Below are positions 17,463 to 26,918 of a DNA stretch of 32,000 nucleotides, in pieces (the stretch's first letter is position 1; each line of letters begins with the position of its first letter). Source of the DNA: Mucisphaera calidilacus (lineage in GTDB: Bacteria; Planctomycetota; Phycisphaerae; Phycisphaerales; Phycisphaeraceae); NCBI RefSeq assembly GCF_007748075.1, contig NZ_CP036280.1, positions 3,240,001-3,272,000 on the forward strand. The letters are read 5' to 3'. The notes beneath the pieces were generated by a model, which saw only the letters and a list, made by a program, of their open reading frames with translations, made no database searches and was not told the origin of the DNA. The translations under genes and the position numbers were made by a program.

Positions 17463-17479
17463 CTTGCACATGCGCGCAC

Positions 17480-18916
17480 CTACACCTCCACGCGCTGCCA
17501 CCCGCCCTGCAGAAAACGCCCCATAAACAGCGAAGCCCGAATCAGCCACTCGCCCGTCAGCCCGTACCACACACCCACCAGACCCCACTCCATGTACCAG
17601 CCAAAAAACACCACCAGCGGCAGCCGGATCGCGAACAGACTCACAAAACTCAGCCACATCGTCACCTTCGTGTCGCCCGCTCCCCGCAACGCCGACGACA
17701 TCACGATCGAGATCGCAAAAAAGGGCTGAACCCAGCCGCAGATCCACAGCAGCTCAGGCGTGACCGCCAGGTGCGCCTCCTTGTTACTCACGATCGACGT
17801 CAAAAACTCGGGGAACACGATGAAGGCAACACCGAACACACCCATGATCACCACCGCGATCCCCGTGCACGCCAGCGTCGTGATCCCCGCACGACGCGGA
17901 TCGCGCGCACCCAGGTACTGACCCATCAGCGTCGAGGCCGCCTGCGCCACCGCGAATCCACCCAGGAAGCTCAGCGACTCGATCCGCACCGCGATCATGT
18001 GCGCACCGATCAGCCCCTCGCCCGCCAGACGACCGATCAGCGCCAGAACCGCGAAGTTTCCCGCCCAGATGCCCAGCGACTCGAGCAGCTGCGGGATCCC
18101 CACCCGGACGATCCGCTTGGTCGTATGCCAGTGCGGACGCAGCCAGAACCACGTCAACGCGATCCCCGACCGGCCGCCGATCAGCACCCACAACGTGATC
18201 AACGCCCCCACGAACCACGCCAACGCCGTGCCCGCCGCGATGCCCGTCACGCCCCAGCCTCCCAGCGGCTCAGGCCCAAGCACAAACAAAACCGACGTCA
18301 CAATGTTGACCACGTTCACGACCACCATCACCACAAAAGGTGTCCGCGCATCACCCGCCGCACGCAGGCAAGCCGCACCCATGAAGAGCAGGCCATTCGC
18401 CACCGCCGAGAAACCCACGATCTGCAGGTACCGCGTCGCCAGGGCACCGGCCTCGTCATCCAACCCCGCCAGCGCACCGATCGGCTCCGCGAACCAGACC
18501 AGCCCCACCGTGATGAGCAGACCCATCAGCACCGCGAGCAGCACCGCCTGACCCGTCGCCGCGTTCGCCAGCCGCTGACGACCGCTCCCCACCGCACGCG
18601 AGACCAGCGCCGCGGCACCGATCCCCACCGCACCCAGAAGCATCCCCATCAGCCACATCACGTACCCGGCAATCCCCAGAGCGTCCGTCGCAGCAATGCC
18701 CACCGCCTCCGGCTCCAGCCGAGCCGCCAGGACAATGTCCACCATGCCCACCAGAAAGCTCAGATACTGCTCCAGCAGCGGCCAGACCGACAACACCATC
18801 ACCTGACGCGGCAGCGACATCCCCGCCAGCCGACCCGACAGGGGCCTGGGCCCGGGCTCAGGGATGCCCCGTGTGGTGGCCGCCGATGGCGTTCGTGTCA
18901 CAGCGATGCTCCGCAC
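17480..18916 (-). CDS. MATE-family efflux transporter
   Basis: About 12 hydrophobic segments. The layout is typical of MATE proteins, for example LLEQYLSFLVGMVDIVLAARL near the N-terminus and a repeated half-protein structure. The start is either GTG 18916 or ATG 18820 (MSLPRQV). Confidence 0.8.
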   Translation of the reverse strand: MRSIAVTRTPSAATTRGIPEPGPRPLSGRLAGMSLPRQVMVLSVWPLLEQYLSFLVGMVDIVLAARLEPEAVGIAATDALGIAGYVMWLMGMLLGAVGIGAAALVSRAVGSGRQRLANAATGQAVLLAVLMGLLITVGLVWFAEPIGALAGLDDEAGALATRYLQIVGFSAVANGLLFMGAACLRAAGDARTPFVVMVVVNVVNIVTSVLFVLGPEPLGGWGVTGIAAGTALAWFVGALITLWVLIGGRSGIALTWFWLRPHWHTTKRIVRVGIPQLLESLGIWAGNFAVLALIGRLAGEGLIGAHMIAVRIESLSFLGGFAVAQAASTLMGQYLGARDPRRAGITTLACTGIAVVIMGVFGVAFIVFPEFLTSIVSNKEAHLAVTPELLWICGWVQPFFAISIVMSSALRGAGDTKVTMWLSFVSLFAIRLPLVVFFGWYMEWGLVGVWYGLTGEWLIRASLFMGRFLQGGWQRVEV

Positions 18917-18959
18917 GCACCGACCTCGGCGGCGTGAACCCCAACCCTAGGCACCAACC

Positions 18960-19709
18960 TCAGCGCTTGGCGACCGGGCTCAGCGTTTCCTCAATATGCT
19001 TGGCCTTGAGCTCGTAAGGCGAACTCGACGCAGGGGCCGCCCACTTCACCGCGTTGCCCAGAACCTTGCGCACCTCGGCCTGGTAATAGATCGGGTACGT
19101 CTCGTGACCCGGGCGGAAGTAGAACAGCCTGCCCTTGCCCCGTCGCCAGCAGCAGCCCGACCGGAACACCTCACCGCCCTCGAACCAGCTCACGAACACC
19201 AGCTCGTCCGGCTCGGGAATATCGAATAGCTCGCCGTACATCTCCGCCTGAGGAACCTCGAAGCACGCGTCAATCCCGTCCGCGATCGGGTGCCCCGGAT
19301 TGACACACCAGATACGCTCCAGCTCGCCGATCTCACGCCACCTCAGCGAACACGTCGTCCCGAGCAAACGCTTGAAGATCTTCGCGTAGTGACCGGAATG
19401 CAGCACAATCAGCCCCATCCCCTCCAGCACACGCTCCTGCACCCGTGTCACGATCTCGTCCGCCACGTCGCCGTGCGACATGTGCCCCCACCACGTCAGC
19501 ACGTCGGTCTCCGCCAGCACCAACTCGGTCAGGCCGTGCTCCGGATCATCCAGCAGCGCCGTCCGAACCACCACGTCCTGACCCAACTGCTCCTCGATGG
19601 CTTCCTTCATCACCGTGTGCATACCCTTGGGGTACACCCGCTGAACCACTTCGTTCTCGAGCTCGTGACGGTGCTCGTGCCAGACCGTGACCCGAATCGG
19701 TGATGCCAT
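18960..19709 (-). CDS. ThuA-domain (trehalose-utilisation-like) protein
   Basis: The run from [16 protein letters not shown] through LTWWGH and IVLHSGH to [11 protein letters not shown] fits ThuA-like class-I glutamine-amidotransferase-fold proteins of about 250 aa. GGAGG lies 7 nt upstream of the ATG at 19709. The 58-codon R/G-rich extension in the ORF track (to 19883) is unlikely to be translated. Confidence 0.75.
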   Translation of the reverse strand: MASPIRVTVWHEHRHELENEVVQRVYPKGMHTVMKEAIEEQLGQDVVVRTALLDDPEHGLTELVLAETDVLTWWGHMSHGDVADEIVTRVQERVLEGMGLIVLHSGHYAKIFKRLLGTTCSLRWREIGELERIWCVNPGHPIADGIDACFEVPQAEMYGELFDIPEPDELVFVSWFEGGEVFRSGCCWRRGKGRLFYFRPGHETYPIYYQAEVRKVLGNAVKWAAPASSSPYELKAKHIEETLSPVAKR

Positions 19710-19810
19710 CGCAATGCCTCCAAAATGAGAATAACCCGGATGAATACCCTTGTAACGACTCCCCCGACGCCCCGCAAACACCGCCACAAGCACCGGTCTA
19801 AAATAGAAAC

Positions 19811-21517
19811 ATGAAACCGCAACACCGCATCCCGGCCCTGCTCGTGCTCCTGCTGGCGAGCCTGGTCGCCCCCCTCGTCGCACAGACGACCGCGCCCATC
19901 AACACCCAGACCGCTACCCCCGCACGCCAGCCCGCCGCACCCCTCCCCTCCATGATCCCGCCGGGCGGACAACTCGCCCTCCTCAAGATCGAGGGTGTCA
20001 TCACCGGAGCCCTCGAGGAACTCATCAACCGCCGCATCGAACGCGCCCTCAACCAGGGGGCCGGCATCATCGTCTTCGACTTCGACACGCCAGGCGGCGA
20101 ACTGGCCGCGGCCCTCCGCATCAGCCGCAACATCAAGGGCGTGCCCGTCCCCACCGTCGCGTGGATCAACCCCGAGGCCTACTCCGCCGGCATCCTCCTT
20201 GCCTCCGCCTGCGACGAACTCGTGATGGCCACCTCCGCCTCCACAGGCGACGCGGCACCCATCTCGCTGCTCAGCAGCAACCTCGGCTCCACCGAACGCG
20301 CCAAGGCACTCTCACCCCTCCTCGCCGAGTTCCGTGACAACGCGACCCGCAACGGCTACGACTACGCCCCCTTCCACGCCATGTGCGTCCTCGGCGTCGA
20401 GGTCTACCTCATCGAAAACCCCGAAACCGGCCAGCAGCGACTCGTCAACCAGGTCGACTACCGGCTCATGGTCCACGGCTCACCCTCCCTTGCACGACAG
20501 GTCTCCCAGGGACTCTCCAGCCTCACCGACACCTCAGGCGGCGTAGGCAACCCCTCCCAGGAAATCGCCACCGCCAGCGACTTCGGTAAGTGGCGACCCG
20601 TCGACGTCCTCCCCTCGGGTGACCGCGCGCCCGACGGACGCATCCACGACGGCAAGTCGCTGCTCACCGTCAAGGACATCCGCGCCCGCGACATCCGAAT
20701 CAGCCGAGCCACCATCGATACCACCGCCGAACTCGAAACCTACCTCGGTGCCGCCGGCTCTTTCGTCGTCAACAACAGCTGGGCCGAACGCGCCGCACTC
20801 TTCATGTCCCAGTGGTGGGTCCGAGCCATCCTCCTTGTCATCTTCTTCACCGGCTTCCTCATCGAGCTCTCCGCGCCGGGCCTCTCACTCCCCGGTGCCG
20901 TCGCCGTCTGTGCCCTCGTCGGTCTCTTCGGCTCGCCGATCATCCTCGGCCTCGCCTCGGCCTGGCATATCGTCCTCTTCCTCATCGGCTTCGCCCTGCT
21001 GGTGACCGACCTGCTCTTCCTCATCGGTTTCGGCTTCCTCGGCGCCGCCGGACTCGCCATCATGGCCTTCGCCCTGATCGTCTCCGTCCTCCCCTCCGGC
21101 GCGTCGCCCCTCGGCTTCTCCGACCCCGCCTACTGGAACCAGCTCGCCAGCGCCTTCGCCACCATCATCGTCGGGGCCGGAGCCACGATCATCACCGCCG
21201 CCATCCTCTCGCGTTACTTCAATCAGATACCCCTCTTCAGCAAACTCGTCCTCGCCACGCCCCAGCCCGTCGGGCCCGTCGAAGACCTCCACATCGCAGG
21301 CGAAGAGGTCCTCGGCAGCGGTCACCTCGAATGCGGCCAACGGGGCGTCGTCGCCTCCGCAGGCATGCGCCCCAGCGGCGAGATCGAGATCGACGGCCAG
21401 CGCATCGACGCCGTCACCGACGGCGAGTTCCTCGCCCACGGCACACCCGTCCGCATCGTCGATATCCAGGGCAACCGCATCGTTGTCGAACGCGACGATC
21501 AGCCCCCAACCGCGTAA
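19811..21517 (+). CDS. nfeD: Long NfeD-family membrane-bound serine protease (ClpP-like domain, TM block and C-terminal OB-fold NfeD domain)
   Basis: There is a signal peptide, [25 protein letters not shown]. The ClpP-class region is [20 protein letters not shown]...[13 protein letters not shown]. Four to five TM helices span about residues 330-460. The C-terminal OB domain is [49 protein letters not shown]. Confidence 0.8.
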   Translation: MKPQHRIPALLVLLLASLVAPLVAQTTAPINTQTATPARQPAAPLPSMIPPGGQLALLKIEGVITGALEELINRRIERALNQGAGIIVFDFDTPGGELAAALRISRNIKGVPVPTVAWINPEAYSAGILLASACDELVMATSASTGDAAPISLLSSNLGSTERAKALSPLLAEFRDNATRNGYDYAPFHAMCVLGVEVYLIENPETGQQRLVNQVDYRLMVHGSPSLARQVSQGLSSLTDTSGGVGNPSQEIATASDFGKWRPVDVLPSGDRAPDGRIHDGKSLLTVKDIRARDIRISRATIDTTAELETYLGAAGSFVVNNSWAERAALFMSQWWVRAILLVIFFTGFLIELSAPGLSLPGAVAVCALVGLFGSPIILGLASAWHIVLFLIGFALLVTDLLFLIGFGFLGAAGLAIMAFALIVSVLPSGASPLGFSDPAYWNQLASAFATIIVGAGATIITAAILSRYFNQIPLFSKLVLATPQPVGPVEDLHIAGEEVLGSGHLECGQRGVVASAGMRPSGEIEIDGQRIDAVTDGEFLAHGTPVRIVDIQGNRIVVERDDQPPTA

Positions 21518-22548
21518 CGCAGCAGCACATCGCCCGACACCCGTTCCACACTCTCAAGCACCAACGCGTGCGCGGACGGCATCAGGTCACGCTCCGCGCC
21601 CCACGCAGCGCTCATCCCGCCGTGATCCCCCAGAATCTTCGGCCCAACGAACACCCATAATTCATCAACCAGTCCCGCGTCCAGCATCGAGCCGACCAGC
21701 CGAGGACCACCCTCCACCAGCACGTTCGACGCCTCACGCTCAACGACCAGCTTCCGCAAGCCCGCCTCGGGATCCCCAACCACTTCCACCGCAGGCCCGC
21801 CATCGGTCAGCAACTTCGAGCCCGCGGGCAATCGCCCGTTCGGATCGACCACCACCCGGCACGCCTCCCGCCGGACCTCCACGCCCCGCGCCGTCAGCGT
21901 CGGGTCGTCCGCGATCGCCGTGCCCACACCCACCATCACCGCATCCACCCGTCCGCGCAGCTCGTGCACACGACGACGCGAGTCCTCGTTGCTGATCCAC
22001 TGGCTGTCTCCCGTCCGCGTCGCCACCTTCCCGTCCACCGTCTGCGCCCACTTGGCGATCACCCAGGGCAGGCCCGTCTCCAGCCGCTTGACCCACCACC
22101 GATTCAGCCGCCGAGCCGCCAACTCGCCATCACCCACCGCCACCTCGACCCCCGCATCACGCAGCTTGGCAAAGCCTCCGCCCGACACCGCCACGTGCGG
22201 GTCCTCCATCGCCGCCACCACGCAACCCACACCCGCTTCGATCAATGCATCCGCACACGGGCCCGTCTTGCCATGGTGTGAACAAGGTTCAAGCGTCACG
22301 TAGCAGGTCGCGCCTCGCACACCCAGACCCCGGCGATCCGCATCGGCCAGCGCCTCCACCTCCGCGTGCCGGCCGCCAAATCGCCGATGCCACCCCTCAC
22401 CCAGCAACTGCCCGTCCCGCACCAGCACCGCCCCCACCATCGGGTTCGGCTCCACAAAACCCTCGCCCCGCGCCGCCAACGCCAATGCCCGCGCCATCCA
22501 CGCCGACGCCTGCCTCGGATTTTCTGACTCAGATAGAACACGTCCCAT
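21499..22548 (-). CDS. ribD: Bifunctional riboflavin biosynthesis protein RibD (pyrimidine deaminase / uracil reductase)
   Basis: The deaminase zinc motif is present (HAEVEAL ... LEPCSHHGKTGPC), followed by a reductase domain. The 3' end overlaps the nfeD 3' end by 19 nt, tail to tail. Confidence 0.9.
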   Translation of the reverse strand: MGRVLSESENPRQASAWMARALALAARGEGFVEPNPMVGAVLVRDGQLLGEGWHRRFGGRHAEVEALADADRRGLGVRGATCYVTLEPCSHHGKTGPCADALIEAGVGCVVAAMEDPHVAVSGGGFAKLRDAGVEVAVGDGELAARRLNRWWVKRLETGLPWVIAKWAQTVDGKVATRTGDSQWISNEDSRRRVHELRGRVDAVMVGVGTAIADDPTLTARGVEVRREACRVVVDPNGRLPAGSKLLTDGGPAVEVVGDPEAGLRKLVVEREASNVLVEGGPRLVGSMLDAGLVDELWVFVGPKILGDHGGMSAAWGAERDLMPSAHALVLESVERVSGDVLLRYAVGG

Positions 22549-22611
22549 GATCCGCGAATGATACGATCAACACGTCACCATCACGCCGACACAGCTCGCG
22601 GAGACACAACC

Positions 22612-23598
22612 ATGAAGCCCATCCTGCGCTGGACACTCATCGTACTAGGCGTCCTCGTCATCCTCGCCTCCATCACCATCTACCTCGTCATCATCAATCT
22701 CAACGACATCGTCCGCCGAGGCGTCGAGATCGGCGGGACCTACGCGCTGGGCGTCGAAACAACCCTCCAGGAAGTCGACCTCAGACCCCTCCGAGGCAGC
22801 ATCGCCCTCAAAGGCCTCCGCGTCGCCAACCCCGAAGGCTTCTCCGACGATCACTTCATGCTCCTCCAGAACATCAGCATCAACGCCGACATCAACACCC
22901 TCACCACCAACGACATCCTGATCTACGACCTCACCATCGACGGTCTCGACGTCAACCTCGAAATCCGTGACGATCAGAACAACTACGACGTCATCCTCGC
23001 CAACCTCAAGAAACTCAAGGGCGACCAAACAGCCGAAGACCAGAGCGAACCTGCCCCACCCGCGCCCGAAGAATCGCCCAAGCGGACCCTGGCCGCCAAC
23101 ACCATCACCATCCAGAACCTCGAGGCCGACGCTGACGTCAAACTTGGCGGCTCCCAGCAACGAACCGTCCACGTCAAAGTCCCACCCATCGAACTCAAGG
23201 ACTTCCGCACCGACGAGGGCAAAGGCCCCGTCGTCTCCCAGCTCTCGGGCGTCATCACACGCGTCGTTCTCACCGCCATCGCCAAGCAGGGCCACGAACT
23301 GCTCCCGGCAGCCGCGCTCGGCACCCTCGAAGAGGGCCTCGGCGCACTCGGCGACGTCTCCGTGTTCACCATCAAAGGCGTCGGAACCGTCGGCAAAGGC
23401 GTCCTCAACCTCGGCAAAGACGCCGTGGAGGGCGCTGGCAAGGTCGGTAAGGATGCCGTCGAAGGCGTCGGTAACATGGGCAAGGGCGCGGTCAAGGGCG
23501 TCGGCGACGTCGGCAAGGGCATCGGTAACCTCATCACCGGCAAGAAGAAAGAGAAGCCCGAGCAGGAACAGAACGACGACACGCCCAACGAGGAATAG
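22612..23598 (+). CDS. Membrane-anchored AsmA-like/DUF748-like protein with a C-terminal Gly-Lys repeat tail
   Basis: GGAGA lies 7 nt before the ATG at 22612 (alternative ATG at 22558). There is an N-terminal TM helix, LRWTLIVLGVLVILASITIYLVII. A beta-rich region (LKGLRVANPEGFSDDHFM...) is reminiscent of AsmA/DUF748, but this family call is tentative. Confidence 0.6.
   Translation: MKPILRWTLIVLGVLVILASITIYLVIINLNDIVRRGVEIGGTYALGVETTLQEVDLRPLRGSIALKGLRVANPEGFSDDHFMLLQNISINADINTLTTNDILIYDLTIDGLDVNLEIRDDQNNYDVILANLKKLKGDQTAEDQSEPAPPAPEESPKRTLAANTITIQNLEADADVKLGGSQQRTVHVKVPPIELKDFRTDEGKGPVVSQLSGVITRVVLTAIAKQGHELLPAAALGTLEEGLGALGDVSVFTIKGVGTVGKGVLNLGKDAVEGAGKVGKDAVEGVGNMGKGAVKGVGDVGKGIGNLITGKKKEKPEQEQNDDTPNEE
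23413..23544 (+). repeat. Four tandem 33-nt (11-aa) coding repeats, GK(D/G)AV(E/K)G(A/V)G(K/N/D)(V/M)
   Basis: Units start at 23413, 23446, 23479 and 23512. A partial unit lies at 23392-23412. The last unit is degenerate (GKGIGNLITGK). Confidence 0.8.
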
Positions 23599-23604
23599 AC
23601 CCGC

Positions 23605-24738
23605 ATGACGACAACCCCAACCCGATGGGCCGTCGGCTGCATGACCGGCACCAGCCTCGACGGCCTCGACTCCGCACTCGTCAAGGTCACCGGAACCGGC
23701 CTCGCCCTCGCCGCCGAACTCGTCGCCCATCACGCCACACCCCTCGACGACCGACTCGCCGCCACCCTCCGCTCCCTCGCCGAGGGAACCCCCCACCCCG
23801 CCGAAGACTTCCTCCGCGCCAGCCGCGCCCTCGGCCAGACCTACGCCCGAGGCATCCGCCAACTCCTCGACCAACAGCCCGACACACCCGACATCAGCCT
23901 CGTCGCGGCCCACGGCCAGACCATCTGGCACATCGGCGACGAACACCTCTCCTGGCAGCTCTTCGACCCCTGGCCCGTCGTTCACGACCTCAACCTCCCC
24001 GTCGTCTACGACCTCAGACAGGCCGACCTCATCTCAGGCGGTCAAGGGGCACCCATCACACCGATCACCGACCCCATCCTCTACGGCCGTGACCAGCGCC
24101 TCGCCGTCATCAACCTTGGCGGCATCTGCAACTACACCCTTGCCATCCCCGAAGCCGATTCCCCTTTCCCGCGCATCACAGCGGGCGACCTCTGCCCCTG
24201 CAATCTTCTACTCGACGGCCTCACACGAACCCTCCTCAACCAGCCCTACGACAGAAACGGCGAAGTCACCGCCACCGGCACCCCAAACCCCCAACTTATC
24301 CAGATCATCACCACCGCCGTCGGCAACGCACCCACCACCCTCGGCCGAGAACAGTTCGGTCAGGCCTGGGTCGACGACCTCCTCGCCGCCAGCCCCGACA
24401 CCCCGCCCGCCGACTGGCTCGCCTCAGCCTGTGCCTACATCGGGCAGAAATTGTCTCAAACGATTGAAAAACATAAAGTTAAAACCGGTGTCCTCGCCGG
24501 CGGGGGGGCGCTGAACCACGCTCTGACCCGCGCCATCGCCGACGCCAGCTCCAACCCCGACGCCTGGACCACCTCCGATCAACTCGGCATCCCCAGCGAA
24601 GCACGCGAAGCCGCCTCCTTCGCCATCCTGGGCATCCTCTCCGCCGATGCCGTCCCAATCACGCTCACCAGCGTGACCGGCGCTCAAAATCCTCGGGTTG
24701 CCGGAACTTGGGTTTGGCCAAATCGAATTCTGGGGTAG
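23605..24738 (+). CDS. anmK: Anhydro-N-acetylmuramic acid kinase
   Basis: The N-terminal motif GCMTGTSLDGLDSALV and the later motif VLAGGGALNHAL fit AnmK. Length is 377 aa. Confidence 0.85.
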   Translation: MTTTPTRWAVGCMTGTSLDGLDSALVKVTGTGLALAAELVAHHATPLDDRLAATLRSLAEGTPHPAEDFLRASRALGQTYARGIRQLLDQQPDTPDISLVAAHGQTIWHIGDEHLSWQLFDPWPVVHDLNLPVVYDLRQADLISGGQGAPITPITDPILYGRDQRLAVINLGGICNYTLAIPEADSPFPRITAGDLCPCNLLLDGLTRTLLNQPYDRNGEVTATGTPNPQLIQIITTAVGNAPTTLGREQFGQAWVDDLLAASPDTPPADWLASACAYIGQKLSQTIEKHKVKTGVLAGGGALNHALTRAIADASSNPDAWTTSDQLGIPSEAREAASFAILGILSADAVPITLTSVTGAQNPRVAGTWVWPNRILG

Positions 24739-24827
24739 AATATCTATTACTATGAAAGATATATAAGAGCTAGTGATTCTAGTTCTGATGTTACTCTGGA
24801 CTTCCTCTGAACACACCGAGGCGCAAC
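24739..24827 (+). promoter_or_regulatory. AT-rich spacer upstream of murQ (candidate promoter/operator)
   Basis: GC content drops sharply. An inverted repeat has arms atatct (24740-24745) and agatat (24757-24762). CTAG-N5-CTAG lies at 24770-24782. GAGG lies 6 nt before the GTG at 24828. Confidence 0.4.
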
Positions 24828-25778
24828 GTGTCCACCATGATCCCGAACCTCAAGCCCTCCGAAGACCGCGGCCACCTGCTCACCGAGCAACGCCTCGAGG
24901 CCGCCGCGCGTCTCGATACGCTCTCCACCTCTGAAGTGCTCCAGGTCATCAACGACCAGGACGCCACCGTCGCCCTCGCCGTCAGGCAGGCGATCCCTCA
25001 GATCACCCAACTCGTCGACCGCATCGTTGAAGGACACAAGCAGGGCGGTTCACTCGTCTACTCCGGCGCCGGCACCTCCGGACGCCTGGGCGTCCTCGAC
25101 GCCTCCGAATGCCCGCCCACCTTCCACTGCAACCCCAACGACGTCATCGGCATCATGTGCGGCGGCGATACCGCCCTCCGCGTCGCCGTCGAAGGCGCTG
25201 AAGACGACCCCGACGAGATCCTCCCCCACTTCGACCGACTGAACCTAGGCGAGCACGACACCTTCGTCGGCATCGCGGCCGGCGGAACCACGCCCTACGT
25301 CTGGGGTGCCATCGAGCACGCCAAGGCACGCGGCGCCGCCACCGGGCTCGTCTCCTGCGTCACGATCGACTCCCTCCCCTCCGATCTGCCCCTCGAAAAA
25401 CTCGACTTCCCCGTCGAAGTCCTCGTCGGGCCCGAGGTCGTCACCGGCTCCACACGCATGAAAGCCGGCACCGCCACCAAACTCGCACTCAACATGATCA
25501 CCACCGCCACCATGGTCCGGCTCGGCAAGGTCTGGGGCAACCTCATGATCGACCTCCAGATCAAGAACGCCAAACTCGTCGACCGCGCCATCCGCATCCT
25601 CCGCGGACAGAACCCGGACATGACCCGCGACAAGGCCCTCGAGATCCTCCACGCGGCCCACGGCCGGGTGAAACTCGCACTCGTCATGGCCGGCTGCGAC
25701 ATCGACGCCGAGAAAGCCCAGCACCTGCTCGAAGAAAACGCCGGTCGCGTCCGACCGCTTCTTGGCGACCCCAAGTAA
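24828..25778 (+). CDS. murQ: N-acetylmuramic acid 6-phosphate etherase
   Basis: SIS-domain motifs are present (YSGAGTSGRLGVLDASECPPTF, GSTRMKAGTATK). Start is GTG 24828, with an in-frame ATG at 24837. Confidence 0.9.
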   Translation: MSTMIPNLKPSEDRGHLLTEQRLEAAARLDTLSTSEVLQVINDQDATVALAVRQAIPQITQLVDRIVEGHKQGGSLVYSGAGTSGRLGVLDASECPPTFHCNPNDVIGIMCGGDTALRVAVEGAEDDPDEILPHFDRLNLGEHDTFVGIAAGGTTPYVWGAIEHAKARGAATGLVSCVTIDSLPSDLPLEKLDFPVEVLVGPEVVTGSTRMKAGTATKLALNMITTATMVRLGKVWGNLMIDLQIKNAKLVDRAIRILRGQNPDMTRDKALEILHAAHGRVKLALVMAGCDIDAEKAQHLLEENAGRVRPLLGDPK

Positions 25779-25836
25779 ACAACGATCAACAGACCGGGAC
25801 ACTACGAGCGACTAGGCTAGAGCGTCACCCTCCGGA

Positions 25837-26316
25837 GTGAAGCTCGTGTCCAAGCCGAACGAAGTCGCGCTCTGCCTCCACTGCATGACGCCGCTCGAGA
25901 TCGACGATCACGTCTGCCCCAACTGCGGGCGCTCCGCCAACGCCGCCCACTGTGTCCACGCCGCACCCGCGACAGACTCCCAAACCACCCGAGGCTCCCG
26001 GCCTCACACAGGCTGTCTTCAGCCGATGGCGGTCTGGACCATCACCTTCGTCGCCACCCTCTTCCTCTGCAGAACCCTCCTCCCCGCCGCGGTCGCTCCC
26101 ATCGCCTTCTTCGCCCTCATGGGCGTCTTGACCTGGCGCATGCTCGCCCACCAGATCAGCCTCATCCGCAGCGACAACAACGACGAGCATGAGGAAGAAC
26201 TCCCGCCCGAGCTCGAAACCGACCTCCTCACCGCCGAGGCCCTCAGCTACGACCTCGAGGAAGAAATCGACGACGCCTCCGAATGGGAACCCGACGAGCC
26301 CGAAGACCGCCAATAA
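25837..26316 (+). CDS. Zinc-ribbon membrane protein, paralog 1 (alternative start GTG 25846)
   Basis: The N-terminus has CLHC-x11-CPNC. Two TM helices follow (MAVWTITFVATLFLCRTLL, VAPIAFFALMGVLTW). The C-terminal tail is acidic and contains LTAEALSY. Codons are C-ending. GGAG at 25834-25837 is better spaced for the start at 25846. Confidence 0.65.
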   Translation: MKLVSKPNEVALCLHCMTPLEIDDHVCPNCGRSANAAHCVHAAPATDSQTTRGSRPHTGCLQPMAVWTITFVATLFLCRTLLPAAVAPIAFFALMGVLTWRMLAHQISLIRSDNNDEHEEELPPELETDLLTAEALSYDLEEEIDDASEWEPDEPEDRQ

Positions 26317-26353
26317 ACCCGCCCGGCCGCCGACCACGCCATAAACTCTCCCT

Positions 26354-26911
26354 ATGGCCGAGCCACCCGACAACGTGACCACGCAGGCCCTCTGCCCGCA
26401 CTGCATCAAGCCGGTCGAGCCCCTCGACCACTTCTGCCCCCACTGCGCCAAGCCCATCACCACCCACGCCGCTACCGACCCCCTCGGCCAGGTCTACGCC
26501 ACCGGATCGCTCTACCGCATCGCCGCCGACCACAAGAAACCCAACCGCTTCCTGCTCGTAGGCATGTGGGCGCTCTGCCTGCCGATGCTCTTCGCGCCCG
26601 CGACAGGCGGCCTGGGCCTGCTGCTCGCCGTCATCTACTTCGTCATGCTCTGGAAGGTCACCGCCAACTACCTCCGCGCTCGCAAAACCGACACCAGCCT
26701 GCCCGCCGAGATACCCGCCGACACCTACGACGCCCTCACCGCCGAGGCCCTCAGCTACCCCTTCGAGGGAGCCGAAGCCACAACCGCCAGCGAGCCCGAC
26801 CCGCCTAAACGCATGGACCCGCTTGTCGTCCTCGGCCTCATCATGCTCATCGCCATCCTCGTCATGCTCAGCCTGCTCATGATCGGCCCCACCTTCTTCC
26901 CGCCCGGCTGA
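26354..26911 (+). CDS. Zinc-ribbon membrane protein, paralog 2
   Basis: The N-terminus has CPHC-x11-CPHC. Two central TM helices are followed by the LTAEALSY motif and an extra C-terminal TM helix (LVVLGLIMLIAILVMLSLLMI). Codons are C-ending. Confidence 0.65.
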   Translation: MAEPPDNVTTQALCPHCIKPVEPLDHFCPHCAKPITTHAATDPLGQVYATGSLYRIAADHKKPNRFLLVGMWALCLPMLFAPATGGLGLLLAVIYFVMLWKVTANYLRARKTDTSLPAEIPADTYDALTAEALSYPFEGAEATTASEPDPPKRMDPLVVLGLIMLIAILVMLSLLMIGPTFFPPG

Positions 26912-26918
26912 TACAAGC

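Noticed and set aside
17423-18937. 504-aa + strand ORF opposite the MATE transporter
   Set aside because: It is R/H/Q/P-rich and not membrane-like. The MATE frame on the - strand has about 12 TM segments and the native G/T-ending codons.
19710-19883. 58-codon N-terminal extension of the ThuA-like ORF
   Set aside because: The extension is R/G-rich. A GGAGG-spaced ATG at 19709 starts exactly where ThuA homology begins ([12 protein letters not shown]).
22549-22611. Expected FMN riboswitch upstream of ribD
   Set aside because: Only 63 nt separate ribD from the divergent gene, which is too short for an FMN element, and no conserved FMN motif is seen.
22645-23985. 446-aa antisense ORF across the AsmA-like gene and the anmK start
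   Set aside because: It is a G/E/D/V-rich shadow that spans two separate sense-strand genes.
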